64,000 bases of DNA from Vulcanimicrobiota bacterium (GTDB lineage Bacteria > Vulcanimicrobiota > Xenobia > Xenobiales > JADMJV01), in NCBI GenBank assembly GCA_050250895.1, contig JBFWNU010000007.1, positions 160,001-224,000 on the forward strand, written 5' to 3'. Positions 9,612 through 19,133 of the stretch are shown piece after piece. Below the pieces are notes generated by a model. The model had not been told where the DNA came from. It made no database searches and was given only the letters and a program-made list of their open reading frames with translations. The position numbers and the translations under genes were made by a program. Numbering within the stretch: the first letter of the stretch is position 1; each line of letters starts with the position of its first letter.

Positions 9612-10838
9612 ATGGCTTTTGCGAACTGGTTCAAGAAGAAAAAGAAAGACGAGCCGGTCACATCGGGCGAAGAGGCTGCCGTCGAACCGGTCGAGCCTCG
9701 AACCGACGAGGCCGAGCCAGAGGTCGAGCCCGAACCCGAACCCGAGCCAGAACCTGCAGCACCAGCCGAGGAGAAAGCCCAAGCCGAGAGCGATGAAGCC
9801 CCGGCCGACCAGGTCCCCGATTCAGACGCGGCAGCCAAACCGGGCTTTTTGCGAGGGGCCTGGGAGGCCACCAAAAAGCTAGCCCTTACCCCCGTCGACC
9901 CATGGTTCGAGAAGATGGCCGAGGGTCTCAACCGTACCCGCAAGAACCTGGTCGGTCAGCTGAAGTCGCTGTTTGGTCGCTCGATCGACGAAGATTTCTG
10001 GGAAGAGCTCGAGGATATCTTGCTCACCTCGGACGTGGGGGCTACGGCCACCGATCGGGTGGTCGAAGAATTGCGCGAAAAGGTTAAGGCCGAGAAACTG
10101 TCGGGCTCGGAGGCGCTCCTGGGAGCGACCCGGTCGATCATCGCCAACATTCTGGGGGACGAGCCTGAGGCGCGCCAGCTCAATCTCGAGCCCGGGCGTC
10201 TCAACGTGATCCTCATGATTGGCGTCAACGGGGCCGGCAAGACCACTTCCACGGCCAAGCTAGCCCATCTGTTCAAACAACAGGGGCTGAAGGTCTTGCT
10301 GGCGGCGGCCGACACCTTTCGCGCGGCCGCCATCGAGCAGCTCGAAGTCTGGGCCGGCCGGATCGACATTCCTTTGATCCGCCACCAGGAGGGGGCCGAC
10401 CCGGCGGCCGTCGTTTATGACGCCCTGAGCGCGGCCAAAGCTCGCCAGGTCGACGTCTTGATCATCGACACGGCCGGTCGTCTTCATTCCAAGACCAACC
10501 TCATGAAAGAACTCGAGAAGATCAACCGGGTAGCTGGGCGCGAGGTCGAAGGCGCGCCCCACGAGGTGCTGCTGGTGCTCGATGCTACCACCGGTCAGAA
10601 CGCGCTGCAGCAGACGCGGGAGTTTTCGCGGGTAGCCGATGTCAGCGGCCTGGTGCTGTGCAAGCTCGACGGCACCGCCAAGGGTGGCATCATGGTGGCC
10701 ATCGCCCAGGAGCATCAGTTGCCCGTCAAGTTCATCGGGGTGGGCGAGGCGGTCGATGACCTGCGACCATTCGAGCCGAGCCACTTCCTCGAGGCCCTCT
10801 TCGGCGAGGCCGAGCATACCACGGTCGAGAAGACTTGA
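9612..10838 (+). CDS. ftsY: SRP receptor GTPase FtsY with acidic (EP-repeat) N-terminus
   Basis: GVNGAGKTT, AADTFRAAAIEQL, DTAGRLH, DATTGQN, KLDGTAKGG and FIGVGE. Confidence 0.97.
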   Translation: MAFANWFKKKKKDEPVTSGEEAAVEPVEPRTDEAEPEVEPEPEPEPEPAAPAEEKAQAESDEAPADQVPDSDAAAKPGFLRGAWEATKKLALTPVDPWFEKMAEGLNRTRKNLVGQLKSLFGRSIDEDFWEELEDILLTSDVGATATDRVVEELREKVKAEKLSGSEALLGATRSIIANILGDEPEARQLNLEPGRLNVILMIGVNGAGKTTSTAKLAHLFKQQGLKVLLAAADTFRAAAIEQLEVWAGRIDIPLIRHQEGADPAAVVYDALSAAKARQVDVLIIDTAGRLHSKTNLMKELEKINRVAGREVEGAPHEVLLVLDATTGQNALQQTREFSRVADVSGLVLCKLDGTAKGGIMVAIAQEHQLPVKFIGVGEAVDDLRPFEPSHFLEALFGEAEHTTVEKT

Positions 10839-10954
10839 GTTCTGGCCGAGGCGATGTTAACATGAATTTTACAACTTGTTTACTTCGCGTTAATGGATGA
10901 TCGGGGGGGCGCGCTTGATAATCAAACTAAGAATCCTGAGATCGGACATCTTTC

Positions 10955-11737
10955 ATGCATTCGTCTATGAACTTTGCCGCCACGAACGCCGCTAAATCTG
11001 GTGTGTTGCAGTCGGCATTCACGCCGACACAGGTAGCTCCGAAAAAGACCGAGACTACCGAAACCACGCGCCAGACTCCCCAGGCGGAAGAGGAAGGTAA
11101 ACCAGAGGAAAAGCCCGGACTACCCCCGGGCGCTCAGCAAAGCAATCCTCAGAAGAAGCTCAAGAGAATGCGGGTGCGTCGCAACCGGGTTGGCTCGGCT
11201 GGCGTGCGCCGCGGCACCACCACCAAGTCGACGCAGCAGACCCAAAACGCTCAGCAGGGTCAAGAAGCAGCGCAGACCGGCCAACAGGCCAAGACGGCCA
11301 AAGGCAAAGGCGGCGTCGCCAACCACATGGCCTTCCGTGGCACCTCCACGCAAGCCTCGGTGCTGTATGAGCAGGCCTCCCGTCAGCAGGGTCAGGGCAA
11401 GTCGATGTCGCCCACCGAGAAGCGCTTCATGATTCTCAACGGCCTGCGCGCTTATACCAACAACGAGTATAAGGCTCTGCAGTCCAACCCTCAGGATTCG
11501 TCGGGCACCATGACTCGCAAAGCGGCTCGCGAGCTCTGCATGGCTCTGACCACCCTGTCCGGCACTCCCACCGGCAAGAAGAAGGATAACCGGACCGAAG
11601 ACACCTGCAGCGGCGACTCGACCATGACCTCGGCCGACTTCAAGCGTCGCAAGACCACCCTGGCCGGCGTGATGCAAATTTTCGCTCCCCCGCCCGAGCC
11701 GCCGCCGAACTACGAGCCTATCGCTGGCGTCGCGTAA
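10955..11737 (+). CDS. Hypothetical low-complexity (T/Q/K-rich) protein
   Basis: ORF with host-like codon bias, its own AT-rich upstream region and a downstream terminator. Confidence 0.7.
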   Translation: MHSSMNFAATNAAKSGVLQSAFTPTQVAPKKTETTETTRQTPQAEEEGKPEEKPGLPPGAQQSNPQKKLKRMRVRRNRVGSAGVRRGTTTKSTQQTQNAQQGQEAAQTGQQAKTAKGKGGVANHMAFRGTSTQASVLYEQASRQQGQGKSMSPTEKRFMILNGLRAYTNNEYKALQSNPQDSSGTMTRKAARELCMALTTLSGTPTGKKKDNRTEDTCSGDSTMTSADFKRRKTTLAGVMQIFAPPPEPPPNYEPIAGVA

Positions 11738-11743
11738 ATCACC

Positions 11744-11770
11744 AGAAGCGCCCTTCCCGGGCGCTTTTGT
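11744..11770 (+). terminator. Rho-independent terminator
   Basis: AAGCGCCC-ttccc-GGGCGCTT followed by TTGT. Confidence 0.65.
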
Positions 11771-11853
11771 CATTCCCCCGCGGGCTTCTCGGCAGGAGAC
11801 GGTTTTCAATCGTCCAAGTAGGCCCACATTCTATCCGCGGGAGGATTGCGCGC

Positions 11854-13131
11854 ATGCTCGACCAGGTATGGAGGACAGACCCCGACGTCGCCAGGGCCAT
11901 CGAGAAAGAGAACCTACGGCAGGCTACGACCCTCGAGATGATCGCTTCGGAGAACTTCGTTAGCGAAGCCGTCTTGCAGGCGCAGGGCAGCGTGCTCACC
12001 AACAAATACGCCGAGGGTTATCCCGGCAAGCGTTACTACGGCGGATGCGAGTTTGTGGACGTGTGCGAGCAGCTGGCCATCGATCGGGCCAAGCAACTGT
12101 TTGGGGCCGATCATGCCAACGTCCAGCCCCATTCCGGGGCCAGTGCCAATATCGCGGCCTTCTACTCGGTGATGGAGCACGGCCAGACGCTGATGGCGCT
12201 GTCGCTTGATCACGGCGGCCACTTGACCCACGGTCACAAGGTCAATTTCTCGGGCAAGCAGTTCAACATCGTCCACTACGGCGTCGATCCCAAGACCGAG
12301 CGGCTCGATTATGACGCCATCGTGGCCATGGCTCGTGAGCACAAACCGAAGGTGTTGTTGGCCGGCTACTCGGCCTATCCCCGCGAACTCGACTTTGGCC
12401 CCTTCCGCGAGGTGGCCGATGAGGTCGGGGCAGTGTTCATGGTCGACATGGCCCATTTTGCCGGTCTTGCCGCCACCGGCATGCACCCCAATCCGGTCGA
12501 TTTCGCCGACATCGTCACCACCACCACGCACAAGACCCTGCGCGGTCCGCGCGGGGGATTGATTCTTTGCCGCGAGCCTTTCGCCAAAGGGATCGACCGC
12601 AGCATCTTTCCGGGTCACCAGGGCGGTCCGCTCGAGCACGTGGTGGCCGCCAAGGCGGTGGCCTTTCATGAAGCTCTGCAGCCCGACTTCAAAGATTATT
12701 GCCGTCAGATCGTCGAGAACGCCAAAATGCTGGCCGAGACGTTGGCGGCGGGCGGTGCCCGTCTGGTCTCTGGCGGCACCGACAATCACCTGATGCTGGT
12801 CGATGTCACCCCGCTGGGCCTGACCGGCCACGATGCCGAGCAATCGCTCGAAGCCGCCGGCATCACCACCAACAAGAACGCCATTCCTTTCGACAAGAAC
12901 CCGCCCTCGGTGGCCAGCGGCATTCGCATCGGCACGCCGGCGCTCACCACCCGCGGCATGAAGACTGATGAGATGAAGCAGATCGGTGCCTGGATTTTGC
13001 AGGTGATGAAGGCGCCCGGCGACGCTTCGGTGCGCCAGTCGGTGCGCCAACAGGTCGAAGAGCTGTGTCAGCAGTTTCCTCTTTACCAGGCCCGAGTGGC
13101 TGCCAATCGCGAACCGGGGGTCCGGGCATGA
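11854..13131 (+). CDS. glyA: Serine hydroxymethyltransferase
   Basis: [52 protein letters not shown] and GIRIGTPA. Start at ATG 11854. Confidence 0.98.
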   Translation: MLDQVWRTDPDVARAIEKENLRQATTLEMIASENFVSEAVLQAQGSVLTNKYAEGYPGKRYYGGCEFVDVCEQLAIDRAKQLFGADHANVQPHSGASANIAAFYSVMEHGQTLMALSLDHGGHLTHGHKVNFSGKQFNIVHYGVDPKTERLDYDAIVAMAREHKPKVLLAGYSAYPRELDFGPFREVADEVGAVFMVDMAHFAGLAATGMHPNPVDFADIVTTTTHKTLRGPRGGLILCREPFAKGIDRSIFPGHQGGPLEHVVAAKAVAFHEALQPDFKDYCRQIVENAKMLAETLAAGGARLVSGGTDNHLMLVDVTPLGLTGHDAEQSLEAAGITTNKNAIPFDKNPPSVASGIRIGTPALTTRGMKTDEMKQIGAWILQVMKAPGDASVRQSVRQQVEELCQQFPLYQARVAANREPGVRA

Positions 13132-14081
13132 CCGACAAGGCCGAACCGCTAGCCGACGAGGCCGAAGACCAGGCACAGCCTTCAGAAGAGGCCTCTGAGG
13201 AGCCTTCGGACGGCGAAGCGGCCGAGGAAAGCCCTGCGAGCGAGGAAGAGGGATCGGTCGAGAGCGAGCCCGAGCAGGTTGACCAGCCATCCGGGCCAGT
13301 CGAAGAACCGGCCGAGGCTGTCCCTTCAGACTCCGCTGAGGAGCCCGAAGGTCCGGTCCACGATCCCGACACCGATGGCGAGCGGCGGCGCGGACAGCGC
13401 AAAGGGGTTCGGCTCAACAAGCTGATTTCGGCCAAGATAGCCACCGGCGATTCCAGCGCCAACGCCTACATTCACCTGGTGGATATTTCCGAGGGAGGGT
13501 TGCGCATCAACAGCGACAACCCTTTTCCTGGCGAGGCCGACATCGAGTTGACCTTTCCACTCGAGGCCTTCGGTGCCGACCTGGCTTCGGAGTACAAGGT
13601 CCAGACCTTCAAGATGCGATTGGTCTGGCAGAAGCAACTGGTCGGCGGCATGCACGTCTCGGGCTTGAAGTTTCTTGACCCCACCGAAGAGAATCAGTCG
13701 GTGGTCAAGAAGATTCTCGAACGGTCCTCTCCCGAAGGACGCCGCTTGCGCTTTCGCCTCAACCGGGTGCTCGGGGTCGAGATCGGCAAGGAAGAAGGCA
13801 GCCAGTGGATTTATCCCCTGGCCGAGGACCTCTCCATCGAAGGCATGCGGGTGCGACTCGACGAGCACCTCGAGGTTGGCGACGAGTTTCCCATCAAGCT
13901 GTTTCTCGAGTTCGAGTTGCCGACCGTCGAGACGCGCGCCAAGGTGATGTGGCAAGAAGAACTGGGCTCTGGGCGTCATCAAGTGGGCATGAAGTTCACC
14001 GAGATCGACGACAAGAACGCCGCCGTCATCAAGGATTACATCGACCGCTGCCTGGAGAAGGATAGCAAGAAGAAACGTTGA
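13128..14081 (+). CDS. Tandem PilZ-domain protein (putative c-di-GMP receptor) with acidic N-terminus
   Basis: Two RxxxR + DxSxxG motif sets (QRKGVR..DISEGG; RRLRFR..DLSIEG), each ending in GLKF/GMKF. ATGA overlap with glyA. Confidence 0.8.
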   Translation: MTDKAEPLADEAEDQAQPSEEASEEPSDGEAAEESPASEEEGSVESEPEQVDQPSGPVEEPAEAVPSDSAEEPEGPVHDPDTDGERRRGQRKGVRLNKLISAKIATGDSSANAYIHLVDISEGGLRINSDNPFPGEADIELTFPLEAFGADLASEYKVQTFKMRLVWQKQLVGGMHVSGLKFLDPTEENQSVVKKILERSSPEGRRLRFRLNRVLGVEIGKEEGSQWIYPLAEDLSIEGMRVRLDEHLEVGDEFPIKLFLEFELPTVETRAKVMWQEELGSGRHQVGMKFTEIDDKNAAVIKDYIDRCLEKDSKKKR

Positions 14082-15508
14082 TTCCCCTCGAGTTGCTCGA
14101 CAGTTACGGTCGCGAGACCGTCTCGCGTCAGTCCCTCAAGGGGTTTTTCTCTGTCTATCAGGTGGCCCGCGGGGCGGTAGCCTACGAGGACACCGGCGGC
14201 TACTGGTTGGCTGTGGGCAGTCCCTGGGCGGCCGAGGGCGAGGTGCCGCAGGTGGCCCGCCAGTTTGCTGAAGACGCGCGCAGGGCTCGTCGCAAGGCTG
14301 CCTTCTTCGGGGTCGAGCCGCACACTCTGGGGCTGCTGCCGGGGCATCCCTGTCTCAAGCTCGGGGTCCAGCCTGTCTTTGACCCGGTGGCCTGGGTCAA
14401 GCATCAAGCTGATCGCGGCGAAGTCGGACGCCAGACCCGGCGGGCCGGGCGTAAGGGTGTCGAGGTTCGCAAGGTCGAACTGGGCGAACTCCTGTCTGAG
14501 CCGCTCTGCGGGCAGGTGAGCGAGATCTGTCGCGAGTGGGTAGAGAGCCGCCCGATGGCCCTGATGGGCTTTCTGGTGACCCTCGATTTTCTCGACCGCC
14601 CTGGCGACCGCACGTTCTTTCTGGCCGAGACCGCCGACGGCGTGTGCGGCGTGCTGGCCTGCATTCCGGCCCGAGATGGCTGGTTTTTCGAGAATCTGGT
14701 TGCCCGCCGGGGCTCGCCCAACGGCACCTGTTCGGCGTTGGTGTCCTTTGCGTTGGGCTGGATGGCCGACCAGGGTTGTCGCTTTGCCACCCTGGGCCTG
14801 GCCCCCCTGGCCCAGTTCGAGTTTGACGAGCCTGAGGCCGAGGGCAAGCTGCCGCGAGTCTTGCGCTTCTGCTACCAGCGACTCAACTGGCTTTATAACT
14901 TTCAGGGGCTGTTCAGCTTCAAGTCCAAGTTCGAGCCCGACCGCTGGGAGCCGGTCTATCTGGTGGCTCCCGACGGGATTGGACCGGGCACGATTTATCA
15001 CATGCTCAGGGCCTTCGCGGGGGGCTCGCTGGTGGTCTTCGGATTGGCCACCTTCGCTCGTTGGTGGCGCGACCTGACCGAGCTTGTCTCGCGGCGGGTC
15101 TGGGCTAGCATCTCGTATTTTCTGGCCATCGCCCTGCTACCCTGGGTGGCCGTCCTACTCACCACCGACTCGCGCGCCTGGTTCGGCTGTGAGTGGCTGG
15201 CCCAAGCGTGGGCAGCCTTTGATTTGGTGGTGGCCGTCGGCTTTCTGCTGGTCGGCCACTGTCTTGAACGGGGTCGTTCCTGGGGTGAGCATCTGGCCAC
15301 CCTGCTGGTGGGGGTGGTGGGGGCCGACGTGTTCTTGACCTGGTCTCAGGCCTTTCTCTACAACCTGCCTCGGCAGACCGGTCTGATCGAGCTGCTGATC
15401 ACGCTGGTGGCCATGGCGGCCCCGGCCTTCGCCTTCGCATTTTTGTTGACGGTTTCCAACAGTCGCTACTTCCGCCCGGGCGACGCTCGACCGCAACCCT
15501 CCCGCTGA
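14078..15508 (+). CDS. DUF2156 / aminoacyl-phosphatidylglycerol synthase-like catalytic domain with C-terminal TM helices
   Basis: AVGSP, RRGSPNGT, ATLGLAPLA and YNFQGLFSFKSKFEP.WEPVYL are typical of the MprF C-terminal domain. Confidence 0.8.
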   Translation: MIPLELLDSYGRETVSRQSLKGFFSVYQVARGAVAYEDTGGYWLAVGSPWAAEGEVPQVARQFAEDARRARRKAAFFGVEPHTLGLLPGHPCLKLGVQPVFDPVAWVKHQADRGEVGRQTRRAGRKGVEVRKVELGELLSEPLCGQVSEICREWVESRPMALMGFLVTLDFLDRPGDRTFFLAETADGVCGVLACIPARDGWFFENLVARRGSPNGTCSALVSFALGWMADQGCRFATLGLAPLAQFEFDEPEAEGKLPRVLRFCYQRLNWLYNFQGLFSFKSKFEPDRWEPVYLVAPDGIGPGTIYHMLRAFAGGSLVVFGLATFARWWRDLTELVSRRVWASISYFLAIALLPWVAVLLTTDSRAWFGCEWLAQAWAAFDLVVAVGFLLVGHCLERGRSWGEHLATLLVGVVGADVFLTWSQAFLYNLPRQTGLIELLITLVAMAAPAFAFAFLLTVSNSRYFRPGDARPQPSR

Positions 15509-15595
15509 AGAACGTTTGTTCGAATTTCGGCAGGGACTGCGCACCGGTTGTTGAAAGTCCCTCAATATTGACTAATATTCAAAGGAGGCCAAGCT

Positions 15596-15961
15596 GTGAA
15601 GCGTAAAGCTCTGACGCTGTTTCTACTGGTCGTCACCGGCTTGACTCTCGCTCAATGGAAACCGGCGGAGTCGCAGCTACTGACCGTTACGGGGGAATAC
15701 CGGGTTGTCGAGGTCGACAAGGCTAACCAGCGCATCGGCGTAGCCCTGCCCGAGGCCAAGCCTGACGTTCGGCAGAATTGGGTTTATCTGCAAGCCAACA
15801 CCCAGTTCGTCTATACCGAGAGCAGAGACGGGGGATGGACCAAAACCGAGCACCTGACCTATGAGGGCTTTTTCAATGTGGCCGCTCCCGGAAAAATGAT
15901 GAAAGTTCACGGCGGTCGCCGCTGGGATGGCGGCATCACCGCTAAGAACGTGTGGATGTAA
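15596..15961 (+). CDS. Hypothetical exported protein
   Basis: SD AAAGGAGG, GTG start and N-terminal signal peptide MKRKALTLFLLVVTGLTLA. Confidence 0.75.
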   Translation: MKRKALTLFLLVVTGLTLAQWKPAESQLLTVTGEYRVVEVDKANQRIGVALPEAKPDVRQNWVYLQANTQFVYTESRDGGWTKTEHLTYEGFFNVAAPGKMMKVHGGRRWDGGITAKNVWM

Positions 15962-15981
15962 TCACTCCTGAGACCTGTCCC

Positions 15982-16006
15982 GGGGGCCTTCGGGCCCCCT
16001 TTTTTT
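15982..16006 (+). terminator. Rho-independent terminator
   Basis: GGGGGCC-ttcg-GGCCCCC followed by a T7 tract. Confidence 0.85.
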
Positions 16007-16019
16007 GTGGTGCTCAGGG

Positions 16020-16048
16020 TTGACATCGCAGGTCAACGAAGCTAGAAT
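16020..16048 (+). promoter_or_regulatory. Sigma70 promoter of tRNA-Tyr
   Basis: TTGACA (16020-16025), a 17 nt spacer and TAGAAT (16043-16048), 13 nt upstream of the tRNA. Confidence 0.8.
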
Positions 16049-16061
16049 TTCATCTGTTCAA

Positions 16062-16148
16062 GGGTAGGTGGCCGAGTGGACAAAGGCAGCAGACTGTAAA
16101 TCTGCCGGGCGACGCCCTACGGGAGTTCGAATCTCTCCCTGCCCACCA
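16062..16148 (+). tRNA. tRNA-Tyr (GTA)
   Basis: GGGTAGG/CCTGCCC acceptor stem, anticodon arm GCAGA-CTGTAAA-TCTGC, long variable arm, GTTCGAATC T-loop and encoded ACCA. Confidence 0.97.
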
Positions 16149-16151
16149 AGC

Positions 16152-16175
16152 AAAACCTCGCTCCGGCGGGGTTTT
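16152..16175 (+). terminator. Rho-independent terminator after the tRNA
   Basis: AAAACCTCGC-tccg-GCGGGGTTTT. Confidence 0.75.
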
Positions 16176-16188
16176 CTTGCTTTACGAG

Positions 16189-16668
16189 ATGAACGACAAA
16201 GACTGGCAAGACCTGCAACAAGAGCTGATCGCCCAGTTCCGCCTGGGGCCGTTTACCGCCCACGATCACGACCATTGGCGGCGGGTCGAAGCCTATGGCA
16301 TTTATCTAGCCCAGGCCAACCAGGCCGACCTGGAAGTGGTGCGGTTGTTCGCCTGGATTCACGACAGTCAGCGTTTCGAGGAAAGTCACGACCCCGAGCA
16401 TGGCCAGCGGGCAGCCGACTTTGCCGAGAGGCGTTGCAGCTTTCTCGAGCCCGACCGACTGGCGTTGCTCATGGACGCCTGTCGCGATCACGAGAAGGGA
16501 TTCACCAGTCAGGACGCCACCATCGGCGCCTGCTGGGACGCCGACCGCCTCGATCTCGACCGGGTGGGTAGAGTTCCCGACCCCGACTATTTGAGCACCC
16601 AGACGGGCAAGACGTTGGCCCTGATGCGAGCCAACGATCGCCGCCGCCTGGTTGGGGTGAATCCTTAA
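16189..16668 (+). CDS. HD-domain (metal-dependent phosphohydrolase) protein
   Basis: HDHDHWRRV, FAWIHDS, HGQRAA and CWDADRLDL. Confidence 0.8.
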   Translation: MNDKDWQDLQQELIAQFRLGPFTAHDHDHWRRVEAYGIYLAQANQADLEVVRLFAWIHDSQRFEESHDPEHGQRAADFAERRCSFLEPDRLALLMDACRDHEKGFTSQDATIGACWDADRLDLDRVGRVPDPDYLSTQTGKTLALMRANDRRRLVGVNP

Positions 16669-16983
16669 GCCTCGATCACGGGTGGATCCAAACAGGAGCG
16701 CCGCTGCTCCACGAGGGCACGTGAAAGCTGGCCGCCCGGTTTGCCGTTGGAGTCAGAGCAAAGCCACGCTGAGAAGGTGGCGAACTTTGGGAGTGGTTCC
16801 CGATCGCATTGGGAGCCAGGACCAAACTTGTTCCCTCCGGCCTGCGGCGGGGGTGGGACCTCCTGCTTCTGACGGACCCCCACGAGGCGCACGAAGGTCA
16901 CAGTGGTCAAGAAGGGTGGGATGGAGTTGCCGGCAAACCAATCATGACAGTGCGCCTCTCCGGGCTGGTCGAAGGTGAACTAG

Positions 16984-19050
16984 ATGAGTGACACAATACT
17001 CATTGTGGATGATAGTCTTACCATCCGCATGGATCTCGCCGAGGCGTTTGAATCCGCGGGGTTCGAGATTGGTTTATGCACTAACCTGGAGGAGGGACGC
17101 GAAGTCCTCGCTAGGCGTAGCGTCGACGCCATTGTCCTGGACGTGGTGCTGCCCGACGGCTGTGGGATCGAATTTTTGCAGGAACTGCGAAGCAATGGGG
17201 TCACCTCGCCGGTGATCATGCTCTCCAGCGAAGCCGAGGTAAGGAACCGAATCATTGGTCTTCAAGCTGGCGCCGACGAGTACGTGGGCAAGCCCTATGA
17301 CCGTGACTATGTGGTGGCCCGGGCCAGCGAGCTGATTCGGGCCAGTCGGGTTGGGGCCGATGAGGCCCCTATTCTGCTGATTGACGACAGCGTCACTGTG
17401 CGGCGCGAAGTGGGGGCCCTGCTGGAGAATGAGGGCTATCGCGTTCTCACCGCTGCCACGGGCGAAGAAGGTCTGCGCCTGGTGAGCCTCCACCGTCCTT
17501 CTTTGGTGATTGTCGACTCTATTTTACCCGGTATCGATGGAGCCACCGTGATTCGCAGGCTCCGTATGGACTCGGTGCTATGCGGAACGCCCTGCTTGAT
17601 GTTGACGGGTTCGGGGGACAGTACCAGCGAGTCGCGCATGTTAGATGCTGGCGCCGACGCCTTTCTTAAAAAGAATGAGGTTCCGGCGCTACTACTAGCT
17701 CGTGTCGCTGCCGTCATCCGAGCCGGCCAAGCTCCCCCAGACGCTCCGTCCAGTCTACTGGGACCAGCGCGGCTCCTGGCAGTGGACGACAGCAGCATCT
17801 ATCTGCAGGCGCTGGTTGACGCCCTCGGAGGAGAGGGCTTCGATATCGTTCTGGCGCGGTCTGGGGAGGAGGCCCTGGAGATGCTGGCCGTGCAACCGGT
17901 GGACTGCATCCTGATGGAATTGTTGATGCCTGGACTCGGAGGCTTGGAGGCCTGCCGGCGCATCAAATCGGTTCGGGGCATCGGAGACATCCCCCTGATC
18001 CTGTTGGCCTCGAAGTCGGACGAGGACACGATGCTCGAGGGCCTGGCCGCCGGGGCCGACGACTTCGTTTCCAAGTCGGCCGAATTCGATGTCTTGCGGG
18101 CGCGGGTCAGAGCTCAGCTGCGCCGTAAGCAGTTTCAGGACGAAAAGCGGCGCGTTCAGGCCGAGTTGATGGAACGGGAATTGGAGGCCACCGAGGCCCG
18201 AGCCGCCCTTGAGCTCGCTCAGACACGAGCCGATCTCCTGGGCGAGTTAGAGGCCAAGCACGGCGAACTCGAACAGGCTTATCAAGAGTTGAAGTCCACT
18301 CAGATCCAGCTGGTCCAATCGGCGAAAATGGCCTCCCTCGGCCAACTCGTGGCCGGGATCGCCCATGAAATCAATAACCCCCTGACCTACGCCGTCACCA
18401 ACGTCTGCAACGTCATCGAGTGGGTCGGCCAGTTGGATAGCACCGTCAAGCCAAACCTGTCCGACAAAGAGTTGCGGCGATGGGAAAAGATCCACATTCG
18501 GCTCGGCTCGACCCGAGAGGGCATCGACCGGGTCAAGGAACTGGTCCGGAAGCTGCGTACCTTCTCGCGCCTCGACGAGGGAGAGTTCAAGACGGTGGAA
18601 GTTCCCGACTGCATCGACTCGGTGCTGGCCTTCTTGGAACATCGGATGAAGGGCAGAATTTCGGTCGAGCAGCACTACGCCGGAGTGACCAGGTTGGATT
18701 GCTTTCCCAGCTCCCTCAACCAGGTGCTCATGAATCTGGTGGCCAACGCCATCGAGGCCATTGAAGGGGCGGGAACCATCACGATTAGTACGGAGAACGA
18801 CGAAAATTGGTATCGAATTCGGGTTCGGGATTCCGGGCCGGGCTTACCGCCCGGCCTCGAGGACAAACTGTTCGAGCCCTTTTTCACCACCAAGCCGATA
18901 GGGGAGGGGACCGGCCTCGGCCTCTCTATCTCTTTTGGCATCATGCAGGCTCATCGGGGCCACATTCATGCCAAGAATCATCCCGACGGAGGCTGCGAGT
19001 TCCTTCTGGAGATTCCGCTCGATTTAGAGGCCATGCTCGGGGAATCGTAG
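16984..19050 (+). CDS. Cytoplasmic hybrid histidine kinase with three N-terminal receiver domains
   Basis: Three REC domains (ILIVDDS, ILLIDDS, LLAVDDS); H-box LVAGIAHEINNPL, N-box LNQVLMNLVANA, DSGPG and FEPFFTTK..GTGLGLSI. Confidence 0.92.
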   Translation: MSDTILIVDDSLTIRMDLAEAFESAGFEIGLCTNLEEGREVLARRSVDAIVLDVVLPDGCGIEFLQELRSNGVTSPVIMLSSEAEVRNRIIGLQAGADEYVGKPYDRDYVVARASELIRASRVGADEAPILLIDDSVTVRREVGALLENEGYRVLTAATGEEGLRLVSLHRPSLVIVDSILPGIDGATVIRRLRMDSVLCGTPCLMLTGSGDSTSESRMLDAGADAFLKKNEVPALLLARVAAVIRAGQAPPDAPSSLLGPARLLAVDDSSIYLQALVDALGGEGFDIVLARSGEEALEMLAVQPVDCILMELLMPGLGGLEACRRIKSVRGIGDIPLILLASKSDEDTMLEGLAAGADDFVSKSAEFDVLRARVRAQLRRKQFQDEKRRVQAELMERELEATEARAALELAQTRADLLGELEAKHGELEQAYQELKSTQIQLVQSAKMASLGQLVAGIAHEINNPLTYAVTNVCNVIEWVGQLDSTVKPNLSDKELRRWEKIHIRLGSTREGIDRVKELVRKLRTFSRLDEGEFKTVEVPDCIDSVLAFLEHRMKGRISVEQHYAGVTRLDCFPSSLNQVLMNLVANAIEAIEGAGTITISTENDENWYRIRVRDSGPGLPPGLEDKLFEPFFTTKPIGEGTGLGLSISFGIMQAHRGHIHAKNHPDGGCEFLLEIPLDLEAMLGES

Positions 19051-19133
19051 GCTCAGGCTTTGTGCGTCAGGGGACATCTGGGGAGGAGCGTTCGTCAGCC
19101 AAGAGGAAGGGCTGCTCGTAATTAGGGGGTTAG

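Noticed and set aside
388-13290. Many long overlapping or antisense ORFs (e.g. 388..1971, 6592..7875, 8227..9561, 11914..13290)
   Set aside because: These are shadow ORFs expected from high GC3 codon usage opposite or out of frame with well-supported genes.
16062-16148. tRNA-Tyr as the integration site of the chemosensory island
   Set aside because: I saw no duplicated tRNA 3' end; the direct repeat found lies about 500 bp downstream.
16700-16960. c-di-GMP-I riboswitch before the che operon
   Set aside because: GCAAAGCC and GGCAAACC fragments occur, but not in the required order with a GNRA-capped P2 stem.
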